A DNA stretch of 63,993 nucleotides, the filler included, from an uncultured bacterium (GTDB lineage Bacteria > Hinthialibacterota > Hinthialibacteria > Hinthialibacterales > Hinthialibacteraceae): assembly GCA_964449065.1 (NCBI GenBank). It is 8 parts of 8 records of this genome, joined end to end, with 100 filler letters (N's around TTAATTAATTAA, not from the genome) between each part and the next. Parts side by side here need not be neighbours in the genome. Positions count along the whole stretch, not along the records: positions 40,828 to 48,833 come from CAYVAZ010000237.1; positions 48,934 to 56,925 come from CAYVAZ010000238.1; positions 57,026 to 63,993 come from CAYVAZ010000279.1; 5 more parts are not named here. One strand, written 5' to 3'. The position numbers and the translations under genes were made by a program. Under the pieces are notes generated by a model. That model was not told the DNA's origin, ran no database searches, and saw only the letters and a program-made list of their open reading frames with translations. Numbering within the stretch: the stretch's first letter is position 1; each line of letters begins with the position of its first letter. This document shows positions 47,132 through 57,178 of the stretch, piece by piece.

Positions 47132-48679
47132 ATGGCCAAGCAATTGCAGCCGTTCCGTGAAATTGAAATGAAGTTCATCCCCAAACAAACCATTGAAAAA
47201 GACGAGTTAAAACGCTTTTTGGATGAACAGAAGATCCAAATCCAATCCACCAAAACCGAACACAACAAGGATGAGTATTTCGATACCCAAGATTGGTGGT
47301 TTTACCGCGCCGGAACCGCCTTCCGTGTACGCGAACGGGGCAAAAAAGGCATGGTCACCCTCAAAAGCCTGAATCCATCTAAAAAAGGAATGGCCATACG
47401 CCATGAGATCCAAGCCGCGTATTATCCCCAACGTTCGGAAACACCGCTTCCCGAAGGCCCCTTACGCCCCTGGATTCAAAACCATTGCGGGCAGCATGAA
47501 TATGTCTCTCTCTTTACCCTGTTTACCAAACGCGAATTGTTTCAACTAAACAGCCATGACGGTTCCGCGTGGGAACTTTGCGTTGACGATGTTTTATATC
47601 CATCCAACGGAAGCCAAACACAATTTCTTGAAGTGGAATTAGAGTTAAAACAGGGCCCGATTGAAGAATTTATCAAGTTTGCCAAACAATTATCGGATAC
47701 CTTTCATCTCAAACAAAACAATGCATCAAAATTTGATTTGGGGATTCGTTATGCAAATCTTCATCCCCCAAAAACCAAACCGGAAAAACACCATCCGGAA
47801 AAAGGCGATTCGGTATTTCATGCATTACAACAGATCGTTGCCTTCAATTTGGATGCCATGCTATACCACGAACCCGGTGCCCGGCTGGGAATCGACCCCA
47901 AACATATCCACCAAATGCGGGTGGCCGTCCGGCGGATGCGCGCGGCGTTTTCCACATTCGGCGATTATATTCCCGAAGAAGATGCCAACACTCTCAAGCC
48001 AAGATTGGTCGATATCTTTCAAACCTTAGGCCGCGTTAGAGATATCGATGTTCAGCTCATCATGCTGCAGGATGAGGCAGACCGCTACCCCGAAAAAGCC
48101 GGAGAAATCCAGCAAGCAATCCAATGGCTGCAAACCAAACGGGAAGCCAACCATCAAACGGTCATCGATATGTTTGTTTCGGAACTCTACCGCAATTCGG
48201 TGCAACGGATCCGCACGTTTGCTGAGCGGGATGTTTCCGGTAACAATCTGCCCAAACAGTGCAAAAAGCCGCTGAATAAAATCGCCCCGTCTTTGGTGAG
48301 AGAGTATTGGCTGAAAGTGTGGAACAAAGGCGAAGCAATAACCATTGACAGTGATGAAGAGAAGTTTCACCGCCTGCGTATTTCCTGCAAAAAGATGCGC
48401 TATTTGTGCGGCTTCTTAAAATACGCTTACGGCAAGCCGGTCAAAAAACTCTCCAAACACATGAAGTCGGTACAAGAAACATTGGGGCTGCGCCAAGATG
48501 CCATCGTCGCGCAACAAATGCTCAATCCCTTTATCGTCGAACAAGCCAACTCAGATGCCGCCGCGGTTGTGCAAAACATTCTGCAAAGACAGGAAGAAAA
48601 GGCCCTCCAAAAACAAAACGAATTCTTTTCTCTCTGGAAGAACATCCGCAAAATCAAGGCGAAGGACATTAATCTTTAA
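47132..48679 (+). CDS. CYTH + CHAD domain protein (polyphosphate-binding triphosphatase-like)
   Basis: EIEMKF, YFDT, FRVR, EVELELK; CHAD motifs IHQMRVAVRRMRA, RDIDV, HRLRI..KKMRY, QETLG..QD. Confidence 0.9.
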   Translation: MAKQLQPFREIEMKFIPKQTIEKDELKRFLDEQKIQIQSTKTEHNKDEYFDTQDWWFYRAGTAFRVRERGKKGMVTLKSLNPSKKGMAIRHEIQAAYYPQRSETPLPEGPLRPWIQNHCGQHEYVSLFTLFTKRELFQLNSHDGSAWELCVDDVLYPSNGSQTQFLEVELELKQGPIEEFIKFAKQLSDTFHLKQNNASKFDLGIRYANLHPPKTKPEKHHPEKGDSVFHALQQIVAFNLDAMLYHEPGARLGIDPKHIHQMRVAVRRMRAAFSTFGDYIPEEDANTLKPRLVDIFQTLGRVRDIDVQLIMLQDEADRYPEKAGEIQQAIQWLQTKREANHQTVIDMFVSELYRNSVQRIRTFAERDVSGNNLPKQCKKPLNKIAPSLVREYWLKVWNKGEAITIDSDEEKFHRLRISCKKMRYLCGFLKYAYGKPVKKLSKHMKSVQETLGLRQDAIVAQQMLNPFIVEQANSDAAAVVQNILQRQEEKALQKQNEFFSLWKNIRKIKAKDINL

Positions 48680-48705
48680 TAGAATGGATGATTCGGTGAA
48701 CGAAG

Positions 48706-48833
48706 GCAAGGGCACATTGCAATGCGCCCCTACGGTCTGATACAATTTTGTTTTAACCCTTATAGCAAAAGAAAATGAAATGTCCGCTTTCGGTATGACT
48801 GGTGGGCTACCGGACACAAGCCTTTCGGTTGGA
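48706..48833 (+). repeat. GTAG-type palindrome and 37-bp contig-end repeat
   Basis: 48706-48733 resembles 20804-20831; 48797-48833 matches 40673-40709. Confidence 0.75.
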
Positions 48834-49004
48834 NNNNNNNNNNNNNNNNNNNNNNNNNNNNNNNNNNNNNNNNNNNNTTAATTAATTAANNNNNNNNNNN
48901 NNNNNNNNNNNNNNNNNNNNNNNNNNNNNNNNNAACCCTGCTGCCGCTGCAAAACAAACAACAGAAAAACAAATGGCGTAACATTTCATTCATAGGAGAA
49001 AAGC

Positions 49005-49754
49005 ATGTCAAACCAACACGAAAGCCCGTCATGGATCAGCCGCAACTTGATCCGCACCAAAGAAAAGGCCGTATTGGCCACCGTTATGAGAGAGACCGCG
49101 GGCGATCCATATGCCTCGTTGGTGCTAACCGCCTGCGATCATCAAAGCAATCCGCTGATCTTTATTTCCGATTTGGCGGAACACACCAAAAACATTTGGG
49201 AAAACCAGCGCGCGTCCATGCTGTTTGAACGCACCGGTGGATTAAACGACCCGTTATCCGGCGCGCGCGTAACCTTGCAGGGCAAAATGACCGAGACCGA
49301 AGATCCGGCTCTGCTGGAACGCTTTTTCAAACGTCATGAGCAATCCAGAAGTTACGGCAAGGCCCACAAGTTCTTTCTCTACAAACTGGAAGTCGAACGC
49401 GTGCACTTGGTTGCCGGATTCGGCCGTATTCATTGGATCGATGCGGACGAAGTGCTCTACGATACTTCAAATGTGCAGGATTTGGTATCAGCGGAAGAAG
49501 GAATCGTGAATCACATGAATGAAGACCATCAAGACGCCATCGATTTGATCGCCAACCATTTGCTAAAGCACGAAGGCACAGGCTGGAACATGACCGGTAT
49601 CGATCCGGAAGGGTTTGATATCCGTTTGCGCGAACAAGTTTCGCGCATGGAGTTTGACGAGCCGTTAACCCGTGCCGATGACAGCCGACCGGCCATGATT
49701 GAATTGGTCAAACGCGCCCGCGAACACGCCGGAAAAGAAATGGCGGCGGTTTAA
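49005..49754 (+). CDS. HugZ-like pyridoxamine 5'-phosphate oxidase family protein with DUF2470
   Basis: PYASLV, ISDLAEHTKN, ARVTL.G, VAGFGRI.W, IVNHMNEDH, GIDPEG.D. Confidence 0.88.
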   Translation: MSNQHESPSWISRNLIRTKEKAVLATVMRETAGDPYASLVLTACDHQSNPLIFISDLAEHTKNIWENQRASMLFERTGGLNDPLSGARVTLQGKMTETEDPALLERFFKRHEQSRSYGKAHKFFLYKLEVERVHLVAGFGRIHWIDADEVLYDTSNVQDLVSAEEGIVNHMNEDHQDAIDLIANHLLKHEGTGWNMTGIDPEGFDIRLREQVSRMEFDEPLTRADDSRPAMIELVKRAREHAGKEMAAV

Positions 49755-49955
49755 GGCATTTCTCAAATGTATGTTCGTTTTGCGGAGCATCGGCTTCCAG
49801 CCGGTGAGTCTAGCCGTTCGTTAATCAGAATGCGATCTGTGCAACTTCGCACAGGCAAAAATACACACAATAAATTCGCGTTCATTTGCATTCATTCGCG
49901 GTTAAAATATGCTGTTCGTATATCAATAATTAACAGGAACTTGGGAGTAAGAGTT

Positions 49956-52892
49956 ATGTTTCGTTTGCCTGAATTGGGTTTATTTATAGCAGCATTTCTA
50001 ATAACAAACTGTATTGCCGCTTTTACTTATTCTGCTGATGGCACACTGTTGGAACGGATGCGGCAGTTAACCTATGACGGCAAACGAAGCGGAGAAGCCT
50101 ATTTCTCTCCCGATGGAACCAAACTCATCTTCCAAAGCGAACGCGAGGAGAGCAATCCGTTCTATCAAATCTATATGATGGATTTTACCACGGGTGAAAT
50201 CCATCGTGTCTCACCCGGTACCGGAAAAACCACCTGCGCTTACTTTAGGCCCGGCCACAATAAAGTTCTATTTGCCTCAACCCATCTGGATGAAGAAGCC
50301 GTTCCAAAACAAAAAGAGGAAATGGAGTTCCGCGAATCCGGCGAGGAACGCCGCTACTCGTGGGATTACGATGAGCACATGGATATCTTCTCCTCCAATT
50401 ATGATGGCAGCGGATTAACGCGTCTTACCGTTGCAATGGGCTATGATGCGGAAGGCGCTTACTCTCCTGACGGAAGTAAAATTGTCTTCTGCTCGATGCG
50501 CGATGCCTTTCCGTTGGTTAGTCTATCCGGTGAAGAGAAAAAGAGATACGAGGTTGATCCGAGTTATTTCGGTGAACTCTACATCATGAACGCGGACGGC
50601 AGCAATCCCAAACGCCTTACCAACCGTCCGGGTTATGACGGCGGACCGTTCTTTTCACCGGACGGCAAACGAATCATCTGGCGTGCGTTTGAAGAAAACG
50701 GCGCGGTCGCGGATATCTTCACGATGAAGATTGACGGAACGGATAAAAGACAGCTTACCGATTTTGAATCCATGTCCTGGGCGCCATATTTTCATCCCAG
50801 TCAGAAATACGCCATATTCGCATCCAACAAATTCGGCTTCGCCAATTTTGAGTTGTTTATCGTAGACACCGCAGGCAAAAAAAAACCGGTGCGGGTGACC
50901 GAACGGGAAGGCTTTGACGGACTGCCCGTATTCTCTCCGGATGGGACAAAACTGGTATGGACCTCCAACCACACATCTTCTGAATCATCCCAAATCTTTT
51001 TAGCCGAATGGAACCATGAAGCCGCTCTGGCAATGTTAGAAAACGCAGAAACAAGAGAGAATACGGCAACGGAAGAAGTGAAATCTTCTCAACCCCAATC
51101 CCCCCCTGCATCCCAAACAGAATTATCGGCCGCAATAACGGAAGCAGACCTAAAACAGCATGTCTACACCCTGGCATCCGATGAGATGGAAGGACGCATG
51201 ACCGGAAGCGAAGGAATCAAAAAAGCGGCCGATTATTTGATGGATCAATTGAAAGCCATTAATGTTTCTCCTCTCAACGATGAGGGATACATTCAACCCT
51301 TCGAATACAGCGCGGGCGCCGAGCCGGTTGAAGGCAAAAACTCGCTTACAATTACATTCGGCGATGAACCCCAATCATTTGAATCCGGTCATTTCATGCC
51401 CCTCTCGTTCTCCAGCAACGGAACCGTTGAAGGAGAAGTGGTGTTTGCCGGTTACGGACTCTCCATGCCGGGCGATGATGATAATTTGTATGATTCGTAC
51501 GCCGGGTTGGATGTGGAAGATAAGATCGTTTTGGTACTCCGTTATGTCCCGGAAGAGGTCAGCATGCAGCGACGGCAGGAACTCAACCGCTATGCCGGAT
51601 TGCGCTATAAAGCCATGAACGCGCGCGAACGCGGCGCGAAAGGCATCGTGGTCCTCACCGGACCCAATTCTCCCAACGCGGGCGAACTCGTCCCCATAAA
51701 ATTTGATACCAGCCTTTCCGGATCCGGTATTATTGCGGGGTCCATTTCCGGGGAAGTTGCCCAAGTGTTATTCGAACAAACCGGACAGGATTTACAATCG
51801 GTTCAAGCAAAACTGGATACCGAAGAAACGGCCGTCATGGACGATTTGGACTTTTCCGGCCTTTCGGTAAAAATCACCACAAAACTCAAACGCATCAAAA
51901 AAGAAGACCGCAATGTCACCGGTGTGATTCATCCGCACAGCAATGCCGATACCAAAGAATTCATCATGATTGGCGGCCACTACGATCATATCGGTTACGG
52001 CGAAACCGGCTCGTTAGCCGGCAAAGACGAAGAAGGCATGATCCACAACGGCGCCGATGACAACGCTTCCGGCACCTCCGTCATACTGGAACTCGCGGCT
52101 AAATTGCAGCAACAAAAACAAACCAATCCGGAACAATTTCAACGCGGCGTTATCTTCGCGTTTTGGTCCGGAGAAGAACTGGGACTCATCGGCTCATCCT
52201 ATTTTGCAGACAATCCATTGGTTCCATTGAATGCGATTTCGGCTTATCTGAATTTTGATATGGTCGGCAGACTGCGGGACAACAAACTTTCACTGCAAGG
52301 GATCGGTTCCAGCTCGGTTTGGAAACAAATGGCCGAACGCAAAAATATCCTGGCAGGCTTTCAATTGAATCTGGTCGAGGATCCCTATTTGCCCACCGAT
52401 TCGACCGCGTTTTACCCGAAAGAAATCCCCATTCTGAGTTTCTTTACCGGCAGCCATGAAGACTACAACCGCCCGACGGACGATCCGCCTACTTTAAACT
52501 ATGAAGGGATGAAACGAATCGGCGATTTTGCTTATTCGGTCATTACAGACTTGATTCAATCCGGTGAACGGCCTGATTATCAAAAGGTTGAACGGCAGCA
52601 AAGCCGCGGCGGCAGCCGTGATTCGATGCGGGTGTATTTGGGAACCATCCCGGAATACACGCAAGAAGTCGAAGGGGTGTTGCTCAGCGGTGTTGGCGGC
52701 GGCGGGCCGGCCGACAAAGCGGGCATCAAAGGCGGCGATATTATCGTCGAATTGGAGGGGCAGACAATTAAAAACATTTATGATTACACCTACGCGTTAG
52801 ATGCTTTGAAAGTGGGAGAACCGGCAAACATCACCATAAAAAGAGAAGGGAAGACAATCGAACTCAAAATCGTACCGACTGCCAGAAAGTAG
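49956..52892 (+). CDS. Secreted M28 family peptidase with TolB-like PD40 propeller, PA and PDZ domains
   Basis: Repeated FSPDG, EGRMTGS, VVFAGYG, GGHYDH, NGADDNASG, SGEELGLIGS, NFDMVGR, C-terminal LGTIP...AGIKGGDII. Confidence 0.92.
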   Translation: MFRLPELGLFIAAFLITNCIAAFTYSADGTLLERMRQLTYDGKRSGEAYFSPDGTKLIFQSEREESNPFYQIYMMDFTTGEIHRVSPGTGKTTCAYFRPGHNKVLFASTHLDEEAVPKQKEEMEFRESGEERRYSWDYDEHMDIFSSNYDGSGLTRLTVAMGYDAEGAYSPDGSKIVFCSMRDAFPLVSLSGEEKKRYEVDPSYFGELYIMNADGSNPKRLTNRPGYDGGPFFSPDGKRIIWRAFEENGAVADIFTMKIDGTDKRQLTDFESMSWAPYFHPSQKYAIFASNKFGFANFELFIVDTAGKKKPVRVTEREGFDGLPVFSPDGTKLVWTSNHTSSESSQIFLAEWNHEAALAMLENAETRENTATEEVKSSQPQSPPASQTELSAAITEADLKQHVYTLASDEMEGRMTGSEGIKKAADYLMDQLKAINVSPLNDEGYIQPFEYSAGAEPVEGKNSLTITFGDEPQSFESGHFMPLSFSSNGTVEGEVVFAGYGLSMPGDDDNLYDSYAGLDVEDKIVLVLRYVPEEVSMQRRQELNRYAGLRYKAMNARERGAKGIVVLTGPNSPNAGELVPIKFDTSLSGSGIIAGSISGEVAQVLFEQTGQDLQSVQAKLDTEETAVMDDLDFSGLSVKITTKLKRIKKEDRNVTGVIHPHSNADTKEFIMIGGHYDHIGYGETGSLAGKDEEGMIHNGADDNASGTSVILELAAKLQQQKQTNPEQFQRGVIFAFWSGEELGLIGSSYFADNPLVPLNAISAYLNFDMVGRLRDNKLSLQGIGSSSVWKQMAERKNILAGFQLNLVEDPYLPTDSTAFYPKEIPILSFFTGSHEDYNRPTDDPPTLNYEGMKRIGDFAYSVITDLIQSGERPDYQKVERQQSRGGSRDSMRVYLGTIPEYTQEVEGVLLSGVGGGGPADKAGIKGGDIIVELEGQTIKNIYDYTYALDALKVGEPANITIKREGKTIELKIVPTARK

Positions 52893-53001
52893 TGGTTTTG
52901 ATTTTCTATGGTTATTCAAGGCTGAATGGATAGAACGGTTTAACGTGAGGTGCTGTGGGGGCACATTGTAGCGTGCCCTTCTTCGCGTAGGCGAAATCAA
53001 T

Positions 53002-56000
53002 TCATAGAGCCACTGTTTCGATTATGTTATAGTCTGGTGTATGAAATTGATTGAGAGGAAGTAAACATGAAACCGCCGTGCCTTTGCCGGGTTGTGTTTT
53101 GATTTGCAATGTTCTCCCCATCTGCTCCGCAAGAGAGTCCATGATTTTCATCCCCATGCCTTGTTTTGAAGAAGCGGATTCCGGCAGACCTTTCCCATCG
53201 TCTTCTATCTTTATAATACGTGCACTCTCATCTTGGATGCAGTGAACGGAAATCGAACTTGCCTCCGCGTGTTTGAGCGCGTTAAACACAGCTTCGCGGA
53301 TGAACCGGTACATGATGTTGGCTTCTTTTTCATCTTGAACGGGAAAATCATCTTCATAATACAAATACAGTGAGGGAGAATAAATTTTTTGGTATGATTT
53401 CAGCAAATCATCCAACGCGTCCCGAAGACCGTATTGGTTCAACCGGATGGGATGAAGCCCATAACTGACCAGCCGGGTTTGCTCGAGCGCTTTTATCAAG
53501 TATTCATGCAAATGGGCCAGCAATGCGTGATATTCTTTTTTTGAACCGCTATCTTTTTGGTGAAGCTGGTCGCTCATATAGACAGCGGCCGATAGCAGTT
53601 GCCCCAACCCATCATGCAGTTCGCGCCCCAGTTTCTCTTGTTCGTGCCGGCTCATGACCGCCAGTTTTTCCTGCAATTGCTTTTGTTCGGTGTAATCGAG
53701 AACCATCATTTCAATTTGATCCTTCTTTTGCATGGCGGATACCAAGGCATAAAACGGTTCTTTCGATTGCATCTTGGTTCCACGAAGGGTTTTGTTGAAT
53801 GAACCGTCTTGCTCGCGGATCATCCATAAAAAGCTCTTCCACGTGTCTTCATCCGCCCATTCCTCCCAATCCGGTAAGGTGTTTGTATGCGTTTCAATCA
53901 ACGCCTTCATGGATGGGTTCATATATTGAATGGCATTGTCTTGATCCACCCGCATAATGCCCACTTGCGCGCGGTCGCAGAATTGTTCAAAACTCATCTT
54001 TTCCTGCATAAGGGCGGATTCCGCCTCGACTTGCTGAGTGATATCAACGCCTACGGCATGGTATTCGAGGGGGAGATGCGCATTGCGCTTGACCGCCCGG
54101 ATAAACCACGAAATCCAATGCGGTTGATCCCGATTGTGGATTTGTGTTTGGCAGGATATCTGCATGTCGGGGTTTTGTCTGCATTGTTCGATGGCGCGCT
54201 GCCATTCCTTGCGCTGTTTGGCGATAGCTGGCAGCATCCATTCCGAAATGGGGTATTGTTTGAAGTATTTATTAAGACCGCCGAAAAACCGTTCCGCCGT
54301 CTCGTTGCAATAGAGTAGGTTGCCCTGTTCATCCCAATTGAGCACCATGGTGACCGCGTCTTTATCCAGCAGGTTGCGGTACTTGGCTTCCGAGACATGC
54401 AGCTTTTGATAGTTGCGGTACCAGATCAGCAGCGAAACGATGGCGATGATGAGCGAAGCCATCACCGGAACCAAGAACGCCGGCGTTGTCCAAAAATAAG
54501 GCGCAACCATGAACGAAGCTGTCGCGGGCATTACAGATGTATTGCGGCTTTTATCCTGCGCGCGCACTTCAAAAAGGTAGTTGCCCGGCTCCAAACGTGG
54601 AGAACTCACGATATTGGCAGGCGCATAGGGGCTCCAACCGCTGATAACCCTGTCATTGTCTGCATCAATCACCCGCCAGGAATACACCAGTTCTTCGCGC
54701 GGTGTTTCTCCCCAGGCATCATCACCATAAAACGAAAATGTGCCTTGCTCGTTGGGGATGAGGTTATCGGTAAAGGTATCGATATAAACTCGCGGCGGGG
54801 TTGGGTCGGGATAAAAACTGGCGGTATCGTTGTAAAGTGAAACCCAAATGGTTCCCAACGTGTCTTGGTAAACTGCAATAACTGATTGCGGTGTTATACC
54901 ATCCATCGTGCTATATTCAATCCAGCGGCTGTCTTTGTAGGATACCACTTTGCCGGACCATGTCCCCACCCATAATGTACCATCCAGCGCGCTGAACAAT
55001 GCGGAGGCGTCTTCCGCGGGTAAGCCGTCTTCGCTGGTGAGATGATCCCACTTTCCATTTTTATAAATCAATAATCCATTGCCTTTGGTGGCAATCCATA
55101 TTTGGTTTTGATGTTCAATGATATCTGTGATGCTCGCCGGATTATCATAGTATGATTCCGGCAACTCCAGCAGTTCTCCCTGACCGTCTTTCCAAACCTC
55201 AATCCAATCCGCTCCGCCAAACCAATACCCGTTGTCTTCCGTTTTTAACATGCTCCATACAAACGGATGGGGCTTACGGTCTTCCAGTTGCGGATGCCGT
55301 ATCCATTCTTCCCCATCCCAGCGAAACGCTCCCGCATGATAAAGAAGCCATAATTCATCTTCTTCCGGATGATAGAGTTTGTAATTCGCAATGTCATATT
55401 GGTAATAATGTTCTCCAGGAACATGCGGTAGTTTTTTGACTTGGATGGGGGATGTGAGACGGACTTCATATACCCCGTTTTTTTGTGGGTCATATCCTGC
55501 TGCCCCATCATTAGGAATATTATCCATCATGATGTAAAACACTTCGTTCTTTTGCGGGATATCAAAGTGTGAGATGGCGGGATTGTTATCCGGATGCAAC
55601 ACATTTCCCAGTCTCTGATAATTTTGCAATTCCGGTACGGTTATATTTCCTTTTGCGTAAGAGACTATAATATGCCGGTTGTGATTCTTGAATACCTCCT
55701 GAAGAACATCGTATCCCTCAATGATTGGCTCGGTCTGCCAGCGGGTGGGGGAAAACCGGTATGCCCCGGAACGGGTGCCGACCCAGATGGAGCCGCCGCT
55801 CATTTGCGCGATGCTGTCAACGCTATAATCCAGGCCAGATTCATCCAATGGAATTGAGTGTATGGGAAGTTGTGGGTTTAAACCGGAGTAATCTGAACCG
55901 AGATATAATGAGTATAAGCCTCTTCCACCAAAAAGAAGAAAGCCGTCCAAATAGTGCACAGCGTGAATAGCGCTTGATGTATCCCGAATTTGATTGGCGC

Positions 56001-56817
56001 CTTCTTCTGAAATATGGAAAATCTTCGTATCCACCGCGGCGAAGATGCCGTTTTTGGGATGTAACGTGATATCATAAATCACGGGGGTTTCCGGGACTCT
56101 ATTGCCAATGAGTGGTTCCGTCCAAGTGTTGACATGGCCTTCCTTTGTCAGTTCAACCACGCCGTAGCTGTTCACGCCCATCCAAAGATTGCCGTCTTCG
56201 TCGATGGCTAAATCCTCGATGCCGCCGTCTTCATTGATCCCCAATGGATATACCGATCCGCCTTGATAGGGGAACTCATCGGGGCCGGGAGATTCTTTCA
56301 GCGGGATGGTGAAGAGTTGAAAATTATACGCCCCAACCCAAACCGTGCCCTCGTCATCAATCGCGACAGACAAGCTGTTCGCGTTAACACTGCCGGGAAA
56401 GTCTTCTTGGGTATAACTGTGGATGGCGCCATCGGGCTGGATGTAGTTCATCCCTTTGGTGGTGCAGACCCAAATGCCGCCGAAACGGTCCACCGCCAGC
56501 TTGCGGGTATGGTTGGAAAGCAAACCCTCTTGTAGGTCATAGACTTTGGTTTTTATCCCGTCGTGCATGCTGGCAACGCCGCCGCCCCAGGTCGCGATCC
56601 ACACCGAGCCGCCAGGACCTTCAACAATATCATCGGGGCGCGGATAGGGCAGATCATCCGGCGCGTGAAAGCCCCGCGACTTCCATTTAGGAAACTGCAA
56701 AAGACGCTTCTGCTCGAATGCGATGATTTCTTCCGTTACACGGGATTCTTGGGTATTCCCCGGTAAACACGCGATGAGCAGCCCGATCATGAAACAATAC
56801 AAAACAGATCTGATCAT
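53002..56817 (-). CDS. Sensor histidine kinase: beta-propeller (Reg_prop) + Y_Y_Y/FN3 ectodomain, TM helix, PAS-like domains, HisKA_3 + HATPase
   Basis: Repeated D..G..WVG/WIAT, LEPGNYLFEVRA, RELHDGLGQ, REAVFNALKHA, DDGKG, GMGM. Confidence 0.9.
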   Translation of the reverse strand: MIRSVLYCFMIGLLIACLPGNTQESRVTEEIIAFEQKRLLQFPKWKSRGFHAPDDLPYPRPDDIVEGPGGSVWIATWGGGVASMHDGIKTKVYDLQEGLLSNHTRKLAVDRFGGIWVCTTKGMNYIQPDGAIHSYTQEDFPGSVNANSLSVAIDDEGTVWVGAYNFQLFTIPLKESPGPDEFPYQGGSVYPLGINEDGGIEDLAIDEDGNLWMGVNSYGVVELTKEGHVNTWTEPLIGNRVPETPVIYDITLHPKNGIFAAVDTKIFHISEEGANQIRDTSSAIHAVHYLDGFLLFGGRGLYSLYLGSDYSGLNPQLPIHSIPLDESGLDYSVDSIAQMSGGSIWVGTRSGAYRFSPTRWQTEPIIEGYDVLQEVFKNHNRHIIVSYAKGNITVPELQNYQRLGNVLHPDNNPAISHFDIPQKNEVFYIMMDNIPNDGAAGYDPQKNGVYEVRLTSPIQVKKLPHVPGEHYYQYDIANYKLYHPEEDELWLLYHAGAFRWDGEEWIRHPQLEDRKPHPFVWSMLKTEDNGYWFGGADWIEVWKDGQGELLELPESYYDNPASITDIIEHQNQIWIATKGNGLLIYKNGKWDHLTSEDGLPAEDASALFSALDGTLWVGTWSGKVVSYKDSRWIEYSTMDGITPQSVIAVYQDTLGTIWVSLYNDTASFYPDPTPPRVYIDTFTDNLIPNEQGTFSFYGDDAWGETPREELVYSWRVIDADNDRVISGWSPYAPANIVSSPRLEPGNYLFEVRAQDKSRNTSVMPATASFMVAPYFWTTPAFLVPVMASLIIAIVSLLIWYRNYQKLHVSEAKYRNLLDKDAVTMVLNWDEQGNLLYCNETAERFFGGLNKYFKQYPISEWMLPAIAKQRKEWQRAIEQCRQNPDMQISCQTQIHNRDQPHWISWFIRAVKRNAHLPLEYHAVGVDITQQVEAESALMQEKMSFEQFCDRAQVGIMRVDQDNAIQYMNPSMKALIETHTNTLPDWEEWADEDTWKSFLWMIREQDGSFNKTLRGTKMQSKEPFYALVSAMQKKDQIEMMVLDYTEQKQLQEKLAVMSRHEQEKLGRELHDGLGQLLSAAVYMSDQLHQKDSGSKKEYHALLAHLHEYLIKALEQTRLVSYGLHPIRLNQYGLRDALDDLLKSYQKIYSPSLYLYYEDDFPVQDEKEANIMYRFIREAVFNALKHAEASSISVHCIQDESARIIKIEDDGKGLPESASSKQGMGMKIMDSLAEQMGRTLQIKTQPGKGTAVSCLLPLNQFHTPDYNIIETVAL

Positions 56818-57178
56818 GACGCCACTTTCCAATTCAAATATCATAATTACTCACGTTACGCACTACATTTTGATATGCCCGTTTTTCTCATCGTTCGCTG
56901 AATCTATCGCCCTCGCCCACCGGGANNNNNNNNNNNNNNNNNNNNNNNNNNNNNNNNNNNNNNNNNNNNTTAATTAATTAANNNNNNNNNNNNNNNNNNN
57001 NNNNNNNNNNNNNNNNNNNNNNNNNGCGAAGAGCCGAGCGTGGAATCGACATTATTTGGGATGGAGGGGATTACGCCTTTATTTTATATCAATCGTTTTC
57101 ACGAGGACCACCCGAAAGCGGTGGGTCATTAAACGCGACCCACCCTGACTACAAACCTTTTCAGCTTTTCCATCCCTT

